From contig CAYSSX010000006.1 in assembly GCA_964434115.1 (NCBI GenBank), positions 70,770 to 134,769 of the forward strand: a stretch of DNA of 64,000 bases. The letters are read 5' to 3'. Below, one piece after another: positions 48,464 through 58,397 of the stretch (position 1 is its first letter; the number at the start of each line of letters is the position of its first letter). Under the pieces are notes generated by a model. The model was given only the letters and a program-made list of their open reading frames with translations. It was not told the origin of the DNA and made no database searches. Source of the stretch: an uncultured bacterium (GTDB lineage Bacteria > Omnitrophota > Omnitrophia > Omnitrophales > Aquincolibacteriaceae). Position numbers and translations under genes: made by a program.

Positions 48464-48497
48464 GATTTGGTTGAATCACGCCACCAAGGAGGAAAGC

Positions 48498-49979
48498 GTG
48501 AAACTCGAACAGCTTTTTGAAGGTATTCCTACAGTCAAGAAGTTCAACTGGGCCCCTCACAAGGGCTTCGGTAAAATTACGTCCGATTCACGGGCCGTAG
48601 AAAAAGGCGATGTGTTTGTGGCTTGTCATGGCTCCCGCATGGATGGGCACGATTTCTTGACGCAGGCGATTTATGCTAACGCTTCAGTTCTGGTTTTTGA
48701 GAACTCCCCGGCTTTTGTGATTCCTCCGGCAGTTACAGGGATTCAGGTTCCTAACTCCCAGGCAGCACTTTCGGAGCTCCTCAAACGCTTCTATGGTAAT
48801 CCGGACCATTCCGTAAAGCTGGTGGGGGTCACAGGAACGAACGGAAAAACAACGATTGCTTATCTTTTGCATAAACTCATTGGAAAAACCATGAGTGCTG
48901 CTTATATAGGAACTCTTTGGTATGAACTGCCCGCTCAGAAAATTGCCGCGATTAATACGACTCCGGGGGCGGAGGTTCTGGTTCCCCTTTTAAATGATAT
49001 GCGGAAGGCGGATGTCCGCTATTGCGTGATGGAAGCATCGTCCCACGCGCTCGATCAGCGCCGTATCCATGGTTTAGAATTCGAACTGGCTCTTTTTACA
49101 CAGCTTACCCAAGACCACCTTGATTATCACAAGAACCTTGAAAATTATTTTCTCGCGAAGCGCCAGCTTTTCAGCGTTTCGCCCAGGCCGAAACATAGTT
49201 TGATCAATAAAGATTGTCCTTATGGACGCCGGCTGCTTGCCGAGTTTCCCGAGACAAAAAGCTACAGCCTTGAAGGCGATGCTGATTATTCGGCTCGAGA
49301 TATTCAAATCTCGTTTCAAGGCAGCCAGTTCAATCTCTGTTACCGAGGCCGTAAGATTCCTTTTAACATACGTCTCCCGATGAGGCACAACGTTGCCAAT
49401 CTTTTGTGCGTGTTGGGCGGACTTGATCTTCTCGGGTTTGATCCGGAAGACTATCGTGACGTTCTACGTGAAATTCCTGGAATTCCTGGGCGTCTTGAAA
49501 GGGTAGGGCAATCCGGTGACGTTGATGTTTTTGTGGACTATGCGCATACCCCTGATGCGTTTGAGCGCGTCTTAAGCGAGTCAAGGCAGCTTGCGACGAA
49601 TAAAATTATTACCGTCTTTGGCTGTGGAGGGGACCGCGACAAGGAAAAGCGGCCGCTGATGACACGTTCTGCCGTGCGCTATTCGGATATAGCGATTCTT
49701 ACGGCGGATAATCCGAGATCGGAAGACCCGGAAGCTATTTTAAAAGACATGAAAAAGGGACTGCTTAAGGAAGAATCGAACTGCAGAATTCTGGAAGACC
49801 TTGACCGTGAGTCTGCTATTCAAAAAGCCATTTCACTTGCGGAGCCCGGCGACATCGTCTTGATTCTTGGCAAAGGGCATGAAGATTACCAGATCCTTGG
49901 CGACCGCAAGATTCCGTTTGATGACCGCCAGGTCGCACGGGAAGCTCTGAAGAGGAAAACCCGTGTTTTCTCTTCCTGA
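48498..49979 (+). CDS. murE: UDP-N-acetylmuramoyl-L-alanyl-D-glutamate--2,6-diaminopimelate ligase
   Basis: GTG at 48498 with AAGGAGG 7 nt upstream. Mur ligase P-loop GVTGTNGKTT. MurE-specific DNPR motif (TADNPRSEDP). Confidence 0.9.
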   Translation: MKLEQLFEGIPTVKKFNWAPHKGFGKITSDSRAVEKGDVFVACHGSRMDGHDFLTQAIYANASVLVFENSPAFVIPPAVTGIQVPNSQAALSELLKRFYGNPDHSVKLVGVTGTNGKTTIAYLLHKLIGKTMSAAYIGTLWYELPAQKIAAINTTPGAEVLVPLLNDMRKADVRYCVMEASSHALDQRRIHGLEFELALFTQLTQDHLDYHKNLENYFLAKRQLFSVSPRPKHSLINKDCPYGRRLLAEFPETKSYSLEGDADYSARDIQISFQGSQFNLCYRGRKIPFNIRLPMRHNVANLLCVLGGLDLLGFDPEDYRDVLREIPGIPGRLERVGQSGDVDVFVDYAHTPDAFERVLSESRQLATNKIITVFGCGGDRDKEKRPLMTRSAVRYSDIAILTADNPRSEDPEAILKDMKKGLLKEESNCRILEDLDRESAIQKAISLAEPGDIVLILGKGHEDYQILGDRKIPFDDRQVAREALKRKTRVFSS

Positions 49980-51387
49980 CGCCGCTCAATTCCTCGGCGC
50001 CAAACTTGCTCTTGGAGGATCTGATTCTCAGGCCTCCGGTGCATCCATCGATACCCGAACCCTGAAGCCGGGAGACTGTTTTTTTGCCCTTCCCGGGACC
50101 CAGGCAGATGGGCATACCTTTCTGTCAGAGGCTTTCAAACGCGGGGCTTCTTCCGCAGTTATTTCCGAATCTTTTTTTCAAGAAGAGATCTCAGGCCAAC
50201 CGGCCCCTCCAGGTTTCAAAAATCTCCTCCTTGTCGAAAATCCGGAAAAAGCTTTGGCGGACATCGCGGCTTGGCACCGAAGCCGGTTTTCAATTCCTTT
50301 TATCGGAATTACAGGCAGCGTGGGTAAAACAAGCACCAAAGAGTTTCTGCAGTATCTTCTTCAAGCCTATGCCGGGGAAGGAACTGTGCTTGCGACCCAG
50401 GGGAATTTGAACAATCACCTGGGTCTGCCTCTGACCCTGCTGAATCTCCATGACGGGCATCGTTTTTGTGTCACGGAAATGGGTGCCAATGGCCGTGAAG
50501 ACATTGCCTTTCTCTGTAAAATCCTAAAGCCTACTGCCGGTATTTTGACGTGCGTTGCTCCGGTTCATCTTAAAGGGTTCGGAAGCCTCGAAGCTATTTA
50601 TCAAACCAAAACCGATTTGTTTCGGGCATTGCCTGCAGGATCGCCGGCCGTGATCTCTTCGGGAGATTCCCGTCTTGACAGCCTTGTTGATTCCCTGGGG
50701 CTCTCAGTCAGCCGCGCAGGCTTGATCACGGGTGTTTCGGGAAAAATTTCGGAAGTTCGAACGGAGAATGGCTGGGTCTCTTTTTGTTTTCGGGACCGCT
50801 TTCGGTATGCTTTTCCAGGATTAGCCTCATTTTTGGTCCTGAACGCGGCCATGGCGCTTCTCATGGTCGAAGCTTTGGGTGTTGAGCTATCGCAGTTGCC
50901 GCAGCGCTGGGAAGGTTTCAGCCTTCCCGAAGGACGTTTTTCAGTAAAGAGCTTAGGCGGGGGAATCCGGGTGATTTTTGATGGCTACAACTCAAGTCCC
51001 CGGGCCTGCGAAAAGGCCATCGAAACCTTTGCTTCTTTGCCGGCTGAAGGACGCCGTGTCGTGGTCTTGTCAGACATGCTGGAACTGGGGGATGACTCGG
51101 AGGCTTATCATCGTGCGGCCGGGGAGAAAGCTGCTGAATGCCGTGTTGACGCGGTTTTTGCGTACGGACACGAATCCGTTGCCATCATTCAGGCGTTTAA
51201 GGATAAATCAGTCCGGGGTGAGAGCGCCTATTTTGACGGTCCCGAGTCTTTGGCCCGGCATCTCGCGTCGTTTCTCCAGCCAGGAGACTTGATTTTGATG
51301 AAAGCTTCCCGCGGAATGAAGGTTGAAAGGGTTCTTCAGAGTCTTGAAGCAGACAGCCGCTTTTCCAAGACAGTCTTAAGGACCTGA
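49963..51387 (+). CDS. murF: UDP-N-acetylmuramoyl-tripeptide--D-alanyl-D-alanine ligase
   Basis: GTG start overlapping the murE end. P-loop GITGSVGKTS. Second Mur ligase directly after murE. Confidence 0.9.
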   Translation: MFSLPDAAQFLGAKLALGGSDSQASGASIDTRTLKPGDCFFALPGTQADGHTFLSEAFKRGASSAVISESFFQEEISGQPAPPGFKNLLLVENPEKALADIAAWHRSRFSIPFIGITGSVGKTSTKEFLQYLLQAYAGEGTVLATQGNLNNHLGLPLTLLNLHDGHRFCVTEMGANGREDIAFLCKILKPTAGILTCVAPVHLKGFGSLEAIYQTKTDLFRALPAGSPAVISSGDSRLDSLVDSLGLSVSRAGLITGVSGKISEVRTENGWVSFCFRDRFRYAFPGLASFLVLNAAMALLMVEALGVELSQLPQRWEGFSLPEGRFSVKSLGGGIRVIFDGYNSSPRACEKAIETFASLPAEGRRVVVLSDMLELGDDSEAYHRAAGEKAAECRVDAVFAYGHESVAIIQAFKDKSVRGESAYFDGPESLARHLASFLQPGDLILMKASRGMKVERVLQSLEADSRFSKTVLRT

Positions 51388-51482
51388 GAACCGAAAAGCC
51401 CCTTGAATTTTGATTTCAAATGACGATATAAGAGGACACTTTAACCAGAACATTCACCCTCATTTAATTCAGAACGGTTGCC

Positions 51483-52568
51483 ATGCTTTATTTCCTGTAT
51501 CCCTTTAAAGACGTCTCCATTTTTTTTAATCTTTTCCGTTATATCACTTTCCGGTCGGCCGGAGCCAGCATCACGGCTTTTCTTTTTTGCATTTTTATCG
51601 GCCCGTATATTATCGAATGGCTCAAAAGACTGAATGCGACGGCTCACCAGCAGCGGGAACATGCGCAGGCAATTCATGCTTTTTATGCAGGCAAAAAAAA
51701 TGTTCCTACCATGGGCGGTATTCTGATCGTTGCAAGTGTTCTCACGTCCATGCTGCTTTGGGGAAATTTCACAAACCGGTTTGTCTGGATTTTGATTCTC
51801 GTGATGACAGGGTTTGCCGGGGTAGGATTCCTGGATGACTGGATTAAACTCAAATCGAAGAGTTCAAAAGGCCTAAGCTCAAAGACAAAGTTCTATGGGC
51901 AGCTGATTATCGGTATGGCCCTCGGCTGTTTTCTCTATTTCGATCCTTCTTTTGACCTGAGGATTTATATTCCTTTTCTGAAACAAGAGACGGTTTCTAT
52001 CGGTCTTCTTTTTATTCCTTTTGTGGTGCTGGTTCTGGTCGGTTCCTCGAATGCTCTGAACCTTACGGATGGTCTTGACGGGCTCGCTGTGGGGTGCACT
52101 TTGTTCTGCATCGGAGCTTTTTCAATCGTCACCTACATTGTGGGACATGCTGAGTTTGCGCATTACCTTTCCATTTCGCATATCCCCGAAGCCGGAGAAG
52201 TGACTGTCTTTTGTTCTGCCCTGGTTGGGGCGAGCGCCGGATTCCTCTGGTTTAACTCCTATCCCGCTGAGGTGATTATGGGGGACACGGGGTCTCTTGC
52301 TTTAGGGGGCGCTTTGGGGGCCGTCGCTGTGCTTATTAAAAAGGAACTCATGCTTATGATTGTGGGCGGTGTTTTTGTGTGGGAAGCGCTTTCAGTCATT
52401 ATTCAGGTGACCAGTTTTAAGCTTACGAAAAAGCGTGTTTTTTTGATGTCTCCTTTCCATCATCACCTTCAGCTCAAAGGCTGGCCGGAGTCTAAAGTGA
52501 CCATTCGTTTATGGATCATTGCCTTGATTCTTGCGGTCGCAGGCCTTAGCACGCTTAAGGTCCGCTGA
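51483..52568 (+). CDS. mraY: phospho-N-acetylmuramoyl-pentapeptide-transferase
   Basis: 10-TM glycosyltransferase family 4. NALNLTDGLDGLA motif. Asp-rich loop (DDW). Confidence 0.95.
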   Translation: MLYFLYPFKDVSIFFNLFRYITFRSAGASITAFLFCIFIGPYIIEWLKRLNATAHQQREHAQAIHAFYAGKKNVPTMGGILIVASVLTSMLLWGNFTNRFVWILILVMTGFAGVGFLDDWIKLKSKSSKGLSSKTKFYGQLIIGMALGCFLYFDPSFDLRIYIPFLKQETVSIGLLFIPFVVLVLVGSSNALNLTDGLDGLAVGCTLFCIGAFSIVTYIVGHAEFAHYLSISHIPEAGEVTVFCSALVGASAGFLWFNSYPAEVIMGDTGSLALGGALGAVAVLIKKELMLMIVGGVFVWEALSVIIQVTSFKLTKKRVFLMSPFHHHLQLKGWPESKVTIRLWIIALILAVAGLSTLKVR

Positions 52569-53866
52569 TGCATCCCGGAAAGAAAGTTGCAGTCCTGGGA
52601 TTGGGTAAAAGCGGCCATCAGGCCGCTCTTTTTCTTAAAGAAAAAGGCTATCAGGTTTTTGCTTCCGAATTTGCCTCGGGGGGTATTGCCCAGGAATTTG
52701 CCTCGAAGCTTAAGGACCAGGGTGTCGAGGTGGAAACGGGCGGGCACACGGCGGAAAAAATTCTGGCTGCAGACTGGGTCTTGATTTCTCCCGGAATAGC
52801 CCCCAAGACCCCCATTTACCGGCTTCTTCAAGAGAACAACAAACCTATTTTCAGTGAGATTGAGGTCGCCAGCTGGTTTTCCAAAGCGGCCAAGGTTATT
52901 GCCGTCACGGGATCTTCTGGAAAAACGACTGTGACAACACTGATTGCCAGATCCCTTGAGGCCTGCGGATATCCCACCGTATGCTGCGGAAATATCGGAA
53001 ACCCCTGGATCGGTGAACTCGGCCGCGCGGGAGCGGATTCCATGGTTGTGCTGGAACTCAGTTCTTTTCAGCTTCAGCAGTGCTTTGATTTTCGTCCGGA
53101 TGTGGGCGTTCTTTTGAATATTTCGCCGAATCATCTGGATTGGCACCGGGACATGGAAGAGTATGTTCAGGCGAAGCTGCGGATGTTTAAAAATCAAAAC
53201 CCCGGGGATTTTGCGGTCATCCGAAAGGCGGATCAAAAGAATATTTTTCCAGCATTTTCTTTTCCCGGACAAACGGTTTTTTTTGATGAGGATTCTTCTG
53301 TGAATCCCAATGAAGCTGTGGTCCGGAAGGTGGCGTCTCTTTTGGGACTGAGTCCCGGCAAGGTCGAGGATGTTCTGAAGAGCTTTTCAGGGATTGAGCA
53401 CCGGCTTGAGAAAGTCGCTGTTATTCAAGGCGTTGCTTATGTGAATGATTCCAAAGCAACCACCACCGCATCGCTCGCTTGGGCGCTTGAAAAGTTTAAA
53501 GACGCGTCTGTCCACTTGATCGCCGGAGGAATTGCTAAAAGCCGGGATTATGATACGATTCGGGAACTGATTGCCCGGAAAGTCAAAAAGGCCTATTTGA
53601 TAGGCGAAGCCGCACCGGTTTTGAAAGAAGCTTGGAAGGGCAAGACCGAACTTTTTTCGGCCGAGGGGTTTCGTCAAGCCTTTGAAGCCGCGGCCTCTCA
53701 GGCAGTGCCGGGAGATACGGTTCTTCTCTCCCCGGCATGCTCCAGTTTTGATATGTTTAAGAACTACCAGGAGCGGGGTCTTCGGTTTAAGGAGTTAACC
53801 CGAGGGCTTACCTCGGAGAAAACACAGGCCGAATCCACTCCGCAATCTTTTTCTAACGCATCTTAG
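52568..53866 (+). CDS. murD: UDP-N-acetylmuramoylalanine--D-glutamate ligase
   Basis: TGATG overlap with mraY. N-terminal GLGKSG. P-loop GSSGKTT. Confidence 0.9.
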   Translation: MHPGKKVAVLGLGKSGHQAALFLKEKGYQVFASEFASGGIAQEFASKLKDQGVEVETGGHTAEKILAADWVLISPGIAPKTPIYRLLQENNKPIFSEIEVASWFSKAAKVIAVTGSSGKTTVTTLIARSLEACGYPTVCCGNIGNPWIGELGRAGADSMVVLELSSFQLQQCFDFRPDVGVLLNISPNHLDWHRDMEEYVQAKLRMFKNQNPGDFAVIRKADQKNIFPAFSFPGQTVFFDEDSSVNPNEAVVRKVASLLGLSPGKVEDVLKSFSGIEHRLEKVAVIQGVAYVNDSKATTTASLAWALEKFKDASVHLIAGGIAKSRDYDTIRELIARKVKKAYLIGEAAPVLKEAWKGKTELFSAEGFRQAFEAAASQAVPGDTVLLSPACSSFDMFKNYQERGLRFKELTRGLTSEKTQAESTPQSFSNAS

Positions 53867-53875
53867 CGCAGGCTT

Positions 53876-54979
53876 ATGTCACTTCCTTCAAGAATTCTTT
53901 TTGTTGCTGTTTTCCTGCTGGTCTCGGTCGGCATCGTTATGACTTATAGCGCCAGCGCTGTGTACGCCGAGCAGGTTTACGGGAACTCCATGTATTTTCT
54001 TATCCGCCAGCTGATCTTTGTGATCGTCGGTATTTTTTTTATGATCATCACGGCGATGACGCCGGTTCCTTTCTGGAAGCGGCATTCCCGGGAAGTCATT
54101 TTATTTGCCATTCTTCTGATGATTTTGGTTTTTTTACCTGGGATCGGCCGTTCCGCGGGCGGCGCCCGCCGGTGGGTCCGGTTAGGACCCGTCAACTTTC
54201 AGCCCGTTGAATTTGCCAAAATAGCCGCCTGCATCTACCTGAGCGATTACATGACAAGGAAAATTAAGATTATTAAGCAGGGAAGCCTGCCCATTTTTAT
54301 TCCGCCCATGCTTTTGATCGGCACGGTGTGCGCATTGTCACTTCTCCAGCCTGACCTCGGATCCTGCTTTATTATTTTTCTTGTAACCTCCCTTCTGATC
54401 TTTATCGCGGGCATACGGATTCAGTATGTGGCCCTTGTGCTGGCAGGCCTTATTCCGATTTTCTATCTCCTGGTGGCACGTGTTCCGTACCGTTTAAGCC
54501 GCGTGACGGCCTATCTCAACCCCTGGGACGATCCGCAGGGGAGCGGGTTTCAGATTATCCAGTCTTTTCTGGCGTTTGGGCTTGGGGGGATTAAAGGCGT
54601 AGGTCTCGGGCAAAGCACCCAGAAGCTTTTTTACCTGCCCTCCAGCTATAACGACTTTATCTTCTCAGTCATAGGCGAGGAGCTGGGCCTGATCGGTATG
54701 CTGGGGGTCATGTTCCTCTATGCGGTGATTTTCCTTTGCGGGATCCGTCTTGCAGAAAAAGCCCGGAATGATTATGAAAAGCTGCTGGTGGCATCCCTTG
54801 TACTCCTTATTGTCTTGCAGGCCCTCATCAACATGCTGGTCGCGACCGGCTTAATCCCGACAAAAGGATTAGCTATGCCGTTCGTCAGCTACGGCGGAAC
54901 TTCGATTGTTTTCAATCTTATGGCCGTAGGGTTTATCCTAAGCCTCGATCGTTCGATTCATCAGCGGCGTTCAGTTTAA
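53876..54979 (+). CDS. ftsW: SEDS-family peptidoglycan glycosyltransferase FtsW
   Basis: 10-TM SEDS protein in the dcw position between murD and murG. Conserved PDLG and PTKG loops. Confidence 0.9.
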   Translation: MSLPSRILFVAVFLLVSVGIVMTYSASAVYAEQVYGNSMYFLIRQLIFVIVGIFFMIITAMTPVPFWKRHSREVILFAILLMILVFLPGIGRSAGGARRWVRLGPVNFQPVEFAKIAACIYLSDYMTRKIKIIKQGSLPIFIPPMLLIGTVCALSLLQPDLGSCFIIFLVTSLLIFIAGIRIQYVALVLAGLIPIFYLLVARVPYRLSRVTAYLNPWDDPQGSGFQIIQSFLAFGLGGIKGVGLGQSTQKLFYLPSSYNDFIFSVIGEELGLIGMLGVMFLYAVIFLCGIRLAEKARNDYEKLLVASLVLLIVLQALINMLVATGLIPTKGLAMPFVSYGGTSIVFNLMAVGFILSLDRSIHQRRSV

Positions 54980-54986
54980 TCCTTTA

Positions 54987-56126
54987 GTGATCATGCCTAA
55001 ACAAACACTGACTTTTGCCGTATTTGCAGGACCCTCCGGCGGGCATCTATTCCCAGCTTTGGCTTTCTCCGAAAGCCTTAAAAAGAGACTTCCTTCGGCA
55101 CGGATTTTTTTCGTCACAAGCCATAAAGGCAAGCCCTTGACGGAACGTTTCCCCAGCGGAATTTTTGAGGAAATAATTTTTATCGAAAACTTTCCGTCTT
55201 CCCCGGGAATTTCCTTGCGCACGCTGACCTTTTTGTTAAAATTGGCTCGCGCCTTCAATGAGTCTTTCCGTTTTCTTTCCCGGATGCAACCTGATATGAG
55301 TATTGGCTTTGGAAGCTATGTGTCATACCCCGGTGTTTTGCTTAGCGCCTGGAAAAAAATTCCCACGCTGATTCATGAACAGAATCAGGTTCCGGGCAAG
55401 GCCAATGTGTGGCTGGCGGACAAGGTGGATGCCGTAGCTGAAAGTTTTGAAGGCAGCTTTTGGGGCCGGCGTGTGAACCGGGTTTTCAAGACAGGGCTCC
55501 CGATCCGGAGAAAGCTTGTGAATGCTGCTTTGGAAATCGAACGAAGAGGGTCCGGTGGGACTGCTTGCAAGGGCCAAAAGTTCCGTTTACTCGCGGTGGG
55601 TGGTTCGCAAGGGGCAGGATTTCTGAATCGTGTGATTTTACAGGCTTTTTCGCATCTTTCGTCTGAAGAAAAAAGGGAAATCGCCGTTACTCATATAACG
55701 GGAAAAACAGATTTTGAATCGGTTTCTTCGGAGTACCGGAAAATCGGTGTTGAAGCCAGTGTTTTTCCTTTCTTTGAGAACATGGAAGCCCTTTACGCGG
55801 AGTCGGATCTCGCGGTTTGCCGGGCCGGTGCCAATACGCTTTTTGAACTGGCTCTTTTCAGGCTGCCGGCTATTGTGATTCCGTATCCTCACGCGGGGGG
55901 GCACCAGTTTGAAAATGCGACCCCTTTTGTGAACAAACAGGCGGTCCTTTGCGAGCCTGAAAGCTCACTGACAGACGAACGGCTGCTGTCGCTGATCCGG
56001 ATGCTGAAAAATGATAAAGCATTAAGAACCCGGATGGCTTCAGCGATGAAAGATGCCGCCACGCCGGATGCGCCGGAAAGACTTGTAGAGCTGGCCCTCT
56101 CCTATTTGAAAGGACAAACAACGTGA
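54987..56126 (+). CDS. murG: UDP-N-acetylglucosamine--N-acetylmuramyl-(pentapeptide) pyrophosphoryl-undecaprenol N-acetylglucosamine transferase
   Basis: GT28 family. G-loop AGPSGGHLFPA. C-terminal GAGGSQGA-like motif LLAVGGSQGAGF. HQFEN. Confidence 0.9.
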   Translation: MIMPKQTLTFAVFAGPSGGHLFPALAFSESLKKRLPSARIFFVTSHKGKPLTERFPSGIFEEIIFIENFPSSPGISLRTLTFLLKLARAFNESFRFLSRMQPDMSIGFGSYVSYPGVLLSAWKKIPTLIHEQNQVPGKANVWLADKVDAVAESFEGSFWGRRVNRVFKTGLPIRRKLVNAALEIERRGSGGTACKGQKFRLLAVGGSQGAGFLNRVILQAFSHLSSEEKREIAVTHITGKTDFESVSSEYRKIGVEASVFPFFENMEALYAESDLAVCRAGANTLFELALFRLPAIVIPYPHAGGHQFENATPFVNKQAVLCEPESSLTDERLLSLIRMLKNDKALRTRMASAMKDAATPDAPERLVELALSYLKGQTT

Positions 56127-57523
56127 ACCCCAAAGATCAGGATTTGATTGGAAGCGCTCGAAAGATCTATTTCGTCGGCATTGGCGGAGTCGGTATGAGC
56201 GGTCTGGCCCTGGTTCTGAACCATCAGGGGTACGAAGTTTGCGGGTCTGATGCGGCGGAAAGCCGCCAGACTAAGGCTTTGAGAAAAGCCGGCATCCGTG
56301 TTTTTACTGAAAATTCTCCCGCCATTGTTGCAGACTGTGACCTTTTGATTTACTCTTCGGCGATTGCACCCCATCATCCCGAGCTTGAAACGGCCCGCCG
56401 CTATGGTGTCAGAATTTACCATCGCGCCCAAATTCTTTCCTCTCTTCTGAATCAGGCCCATACGGCCATCGGAGTCACGGGGACTCATGGCAAGACAACA
56501 ACGTCCTCCATGATCTCGTTTGTTCTTTCTGAGCTTCGAAAGAATCCGACTTGTCTTATTGGAGGAGACTTGCTGAATTTTGAAAGTAATGCGGTTCTCG
56601 GAAGCAATGACCTTTGGGTGGCCGAAGTGGATGAAAGTGACAAAACGCATGAACTTTACGCGCTGAACTATGCGGTTATTACGAATCTTGAGCAAGATCA
56701 CATTGAGAACTACCACACCCGAGATGATTTGAAAGATTCTTTTGAGCGCTTTTTGGCGGGATTGGGCGACCCAGGCCTTGTGATTTATTCAGGGGACGAT
56801 GCGATGTCCAAAGAGATTATGCAGACAACCGATAAGCCGCGGGTCAGTTTCGGGTTCTCTCCCGAGTACGATTACTCAGCGGATCATATCACCATGACAC
56901 CCTTTGGATGCGAGTTTGATCTTTCGGAAGTTGGTTTTTTTGTCACCCGCGTGAAGCTTTCTGTTCCAGGCAAGCACAATGTTGCCAATGCTTTGGCCTG
57001 CATCGCGGTTTTAACCCAGATGGGACTCGATGTTTATGAGGTTTGCCGCGCTCTTACAGGATTCCGGGGCGCCCGCCGCCGCTTGGAACTCAAAGCGGAT
57101 TGCGGCAATTGTGTGGTCGTGGATGATTATGCGCACCACCCGACCGAAGTGCTGGCGTCTCTCAGGGCTCTTCAGTCCATGGGGAAGAGGGTGGTGATGA
57201 TTTTTCAACCGCACCGTTACACCCGGACGGCTTATTTTTTTAAGGAATTTGCCGCTGCGCTTTCTGAGGCGGATCAAGTCATCTTGACTGATATTTATCC
57301 TGCCGGGGAGAAGAATCCCGGGAATGTCGACAGCCGGATGATTTATGACGAGCTGGTCAGGCTTGGCCACGGAGATGTGAGCGTGATTGAGAGGGATAAA
57401 ATCTTGAATAAGCTCTATGGTATGCGTGAGTTGGGCGGAGTCATCGCATTTGTAGGAGCCGGAAATATCGGGGGGGTTGCGGATGAGTTTGCGAGCCGAC
57501 TCAAAGATCTCGCTACGGCCTAA
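56123..57523 (+). CDS. murC: UDP-N-acetylmuramate--L-alanine ligase
   Basis: GTGA overlap with murG. N-terminal GIGGVGMSGLA. P-loop GVTGTHGKTTT. Confidence 0.9.
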   Translation: MNPKDQDLIGSARKIYFVGIGGVGMSGLALVLNHQGYEVCGSDAAESRQTKALRKAGIRVFTENSPAIVADCDLLIYSSAIAPHHPELETARRYGVRIYHRAQILSSLLNQAHTAIGVTGTHGKTTTSSMISFVLSELRKNPTCLIGGDLLNFESNAVLGSNDLWVAEVDESDKTHELYALNYAVITNLEQDHIENYHTRDDLKDSFERFLAGLGDPGLVIYSGDDAMSKEIMQTTDKPRVSFGFSPEYDYSADHITMTPFGCEFDLSEVGFFVTRVKLSVPGKHNVANALACIAVLTQMGLDVYEVCRALTGFRGARRRLELKADCGNCVVVDDYAHHPTEVLASLRALQSMGKRVVMIFQPHRYTRTAYFFKEFAAALSEADQVILTDIYPAGEKNPGNVDSRMIYDELVRLGHGDVSVIERDKILNKLYGMRELGGVIAFVGAGNIGGVADEFASRLKDLATA

Positions 57524-58397
57524 CGTCCTTCTTTCTCAGTACACCACGATGCAAATCGGCGGCTTGGCCGAATCCTTCGCGGAGCCTGCCAACGAAGAAG
57601 AACTTTCCCAGATTCTGCAGTATGCTCATCGCGAGTCCATTCCTTATGTGATTCTCGGAAAAGGTTCCAATGTCATTTTTCCGGATGCTGGTTTTCCGGG
57701 AATTGTTATTACGCTGCTTCAATTCGAGAAAAATAAAATTGAGTTTGATCCCGCGAGACCTGAGGTTCGGGCTTCTTCAGGGGTTTTTCTTTATAAATTC
57801 GTATTGGCCTGCCGGGATCATGGCATTGGCGGATCTGAGTTTCTAGCCAATATTCCGGGCACGATTGGCGGGGCGCTGGCCATGAATGCAGGTTTTAGCC
57901 GGTTTCCGGGACAGCGGAGCGAAATCGGGGACATTGTTCAAGAAGTGACCCTTATGAACCCGGATGGTTCCAAGGAAACTCTGGGCAAAGATCAGCTCGA
58001 GTTTGCCTACCGTAAGTCGAATCTTCTGGGTCGGATTATTGTTGAGGCCAAATTCCGGCTTTGGCGCAGAAGTTCAGAGTCCATTGAGAAGGAAATCAGG
58101 GCCTGCTTTAAGTACCGCAATGACAAGCAGGATTTGAAGCACCCCAGCTCAGGATCGGTGTTTAAAAATCCTCCTGCGCCTCTTCCTCCTGCGGCCAAGC
58201 TTATTGATGAGCTTGGACTCAAAGGGACCAGAATTGGCGGCATGATGGTTTCACCCAAGCATGCCAACTACTTTATCAACATGGGGCAGGGAAAATGCTC
58301 CGAAATGGTGGAGCTGATTCAGCTCATACAAGACAAGGTTTTTAATGCCAAAGGCATCTGGCTCGAACCCGAAGTCCGTGTTATCCAAAAACCTTAA
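57483..58397 (+). CDS. murB: UDP-N-acetylenolpyruvoylglucosamine reductase
   Basis: ATG at 57483 (the track TTG is at 57477), overlapping the murC end by 41 nt. FAD-binding N-terminus LSQYTTMQIGG. Catalytic SGSVFKNP. Confidence 0.85.
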   Translation: MSLRADSKISLRPNVLLSQYTTMQIGGLAESFAEPANEEELSQILQYAHRESIPYVILGKGSNVIFPDAGFPGIVITLLQFEKNKIEFDPARPEVRASSGVFLYKFVLACRDHGIGGSEFLANIPGTIGGALAMNAGFSRFPGQRSEIGDIVQEVTLMNPDGSKETLGKDQLEFAYRKSNLLGRIIVEAKFRLWRRSSESIEKEIRACFKYRNDKQDLKHPSSGSVFKNPPAPLPPAAKLIDELGLKGTRIGGMMVSPKHANYFINMGQGKCSEMVELIQLIQDKVFNAKGIWLEPEVRVIQKP

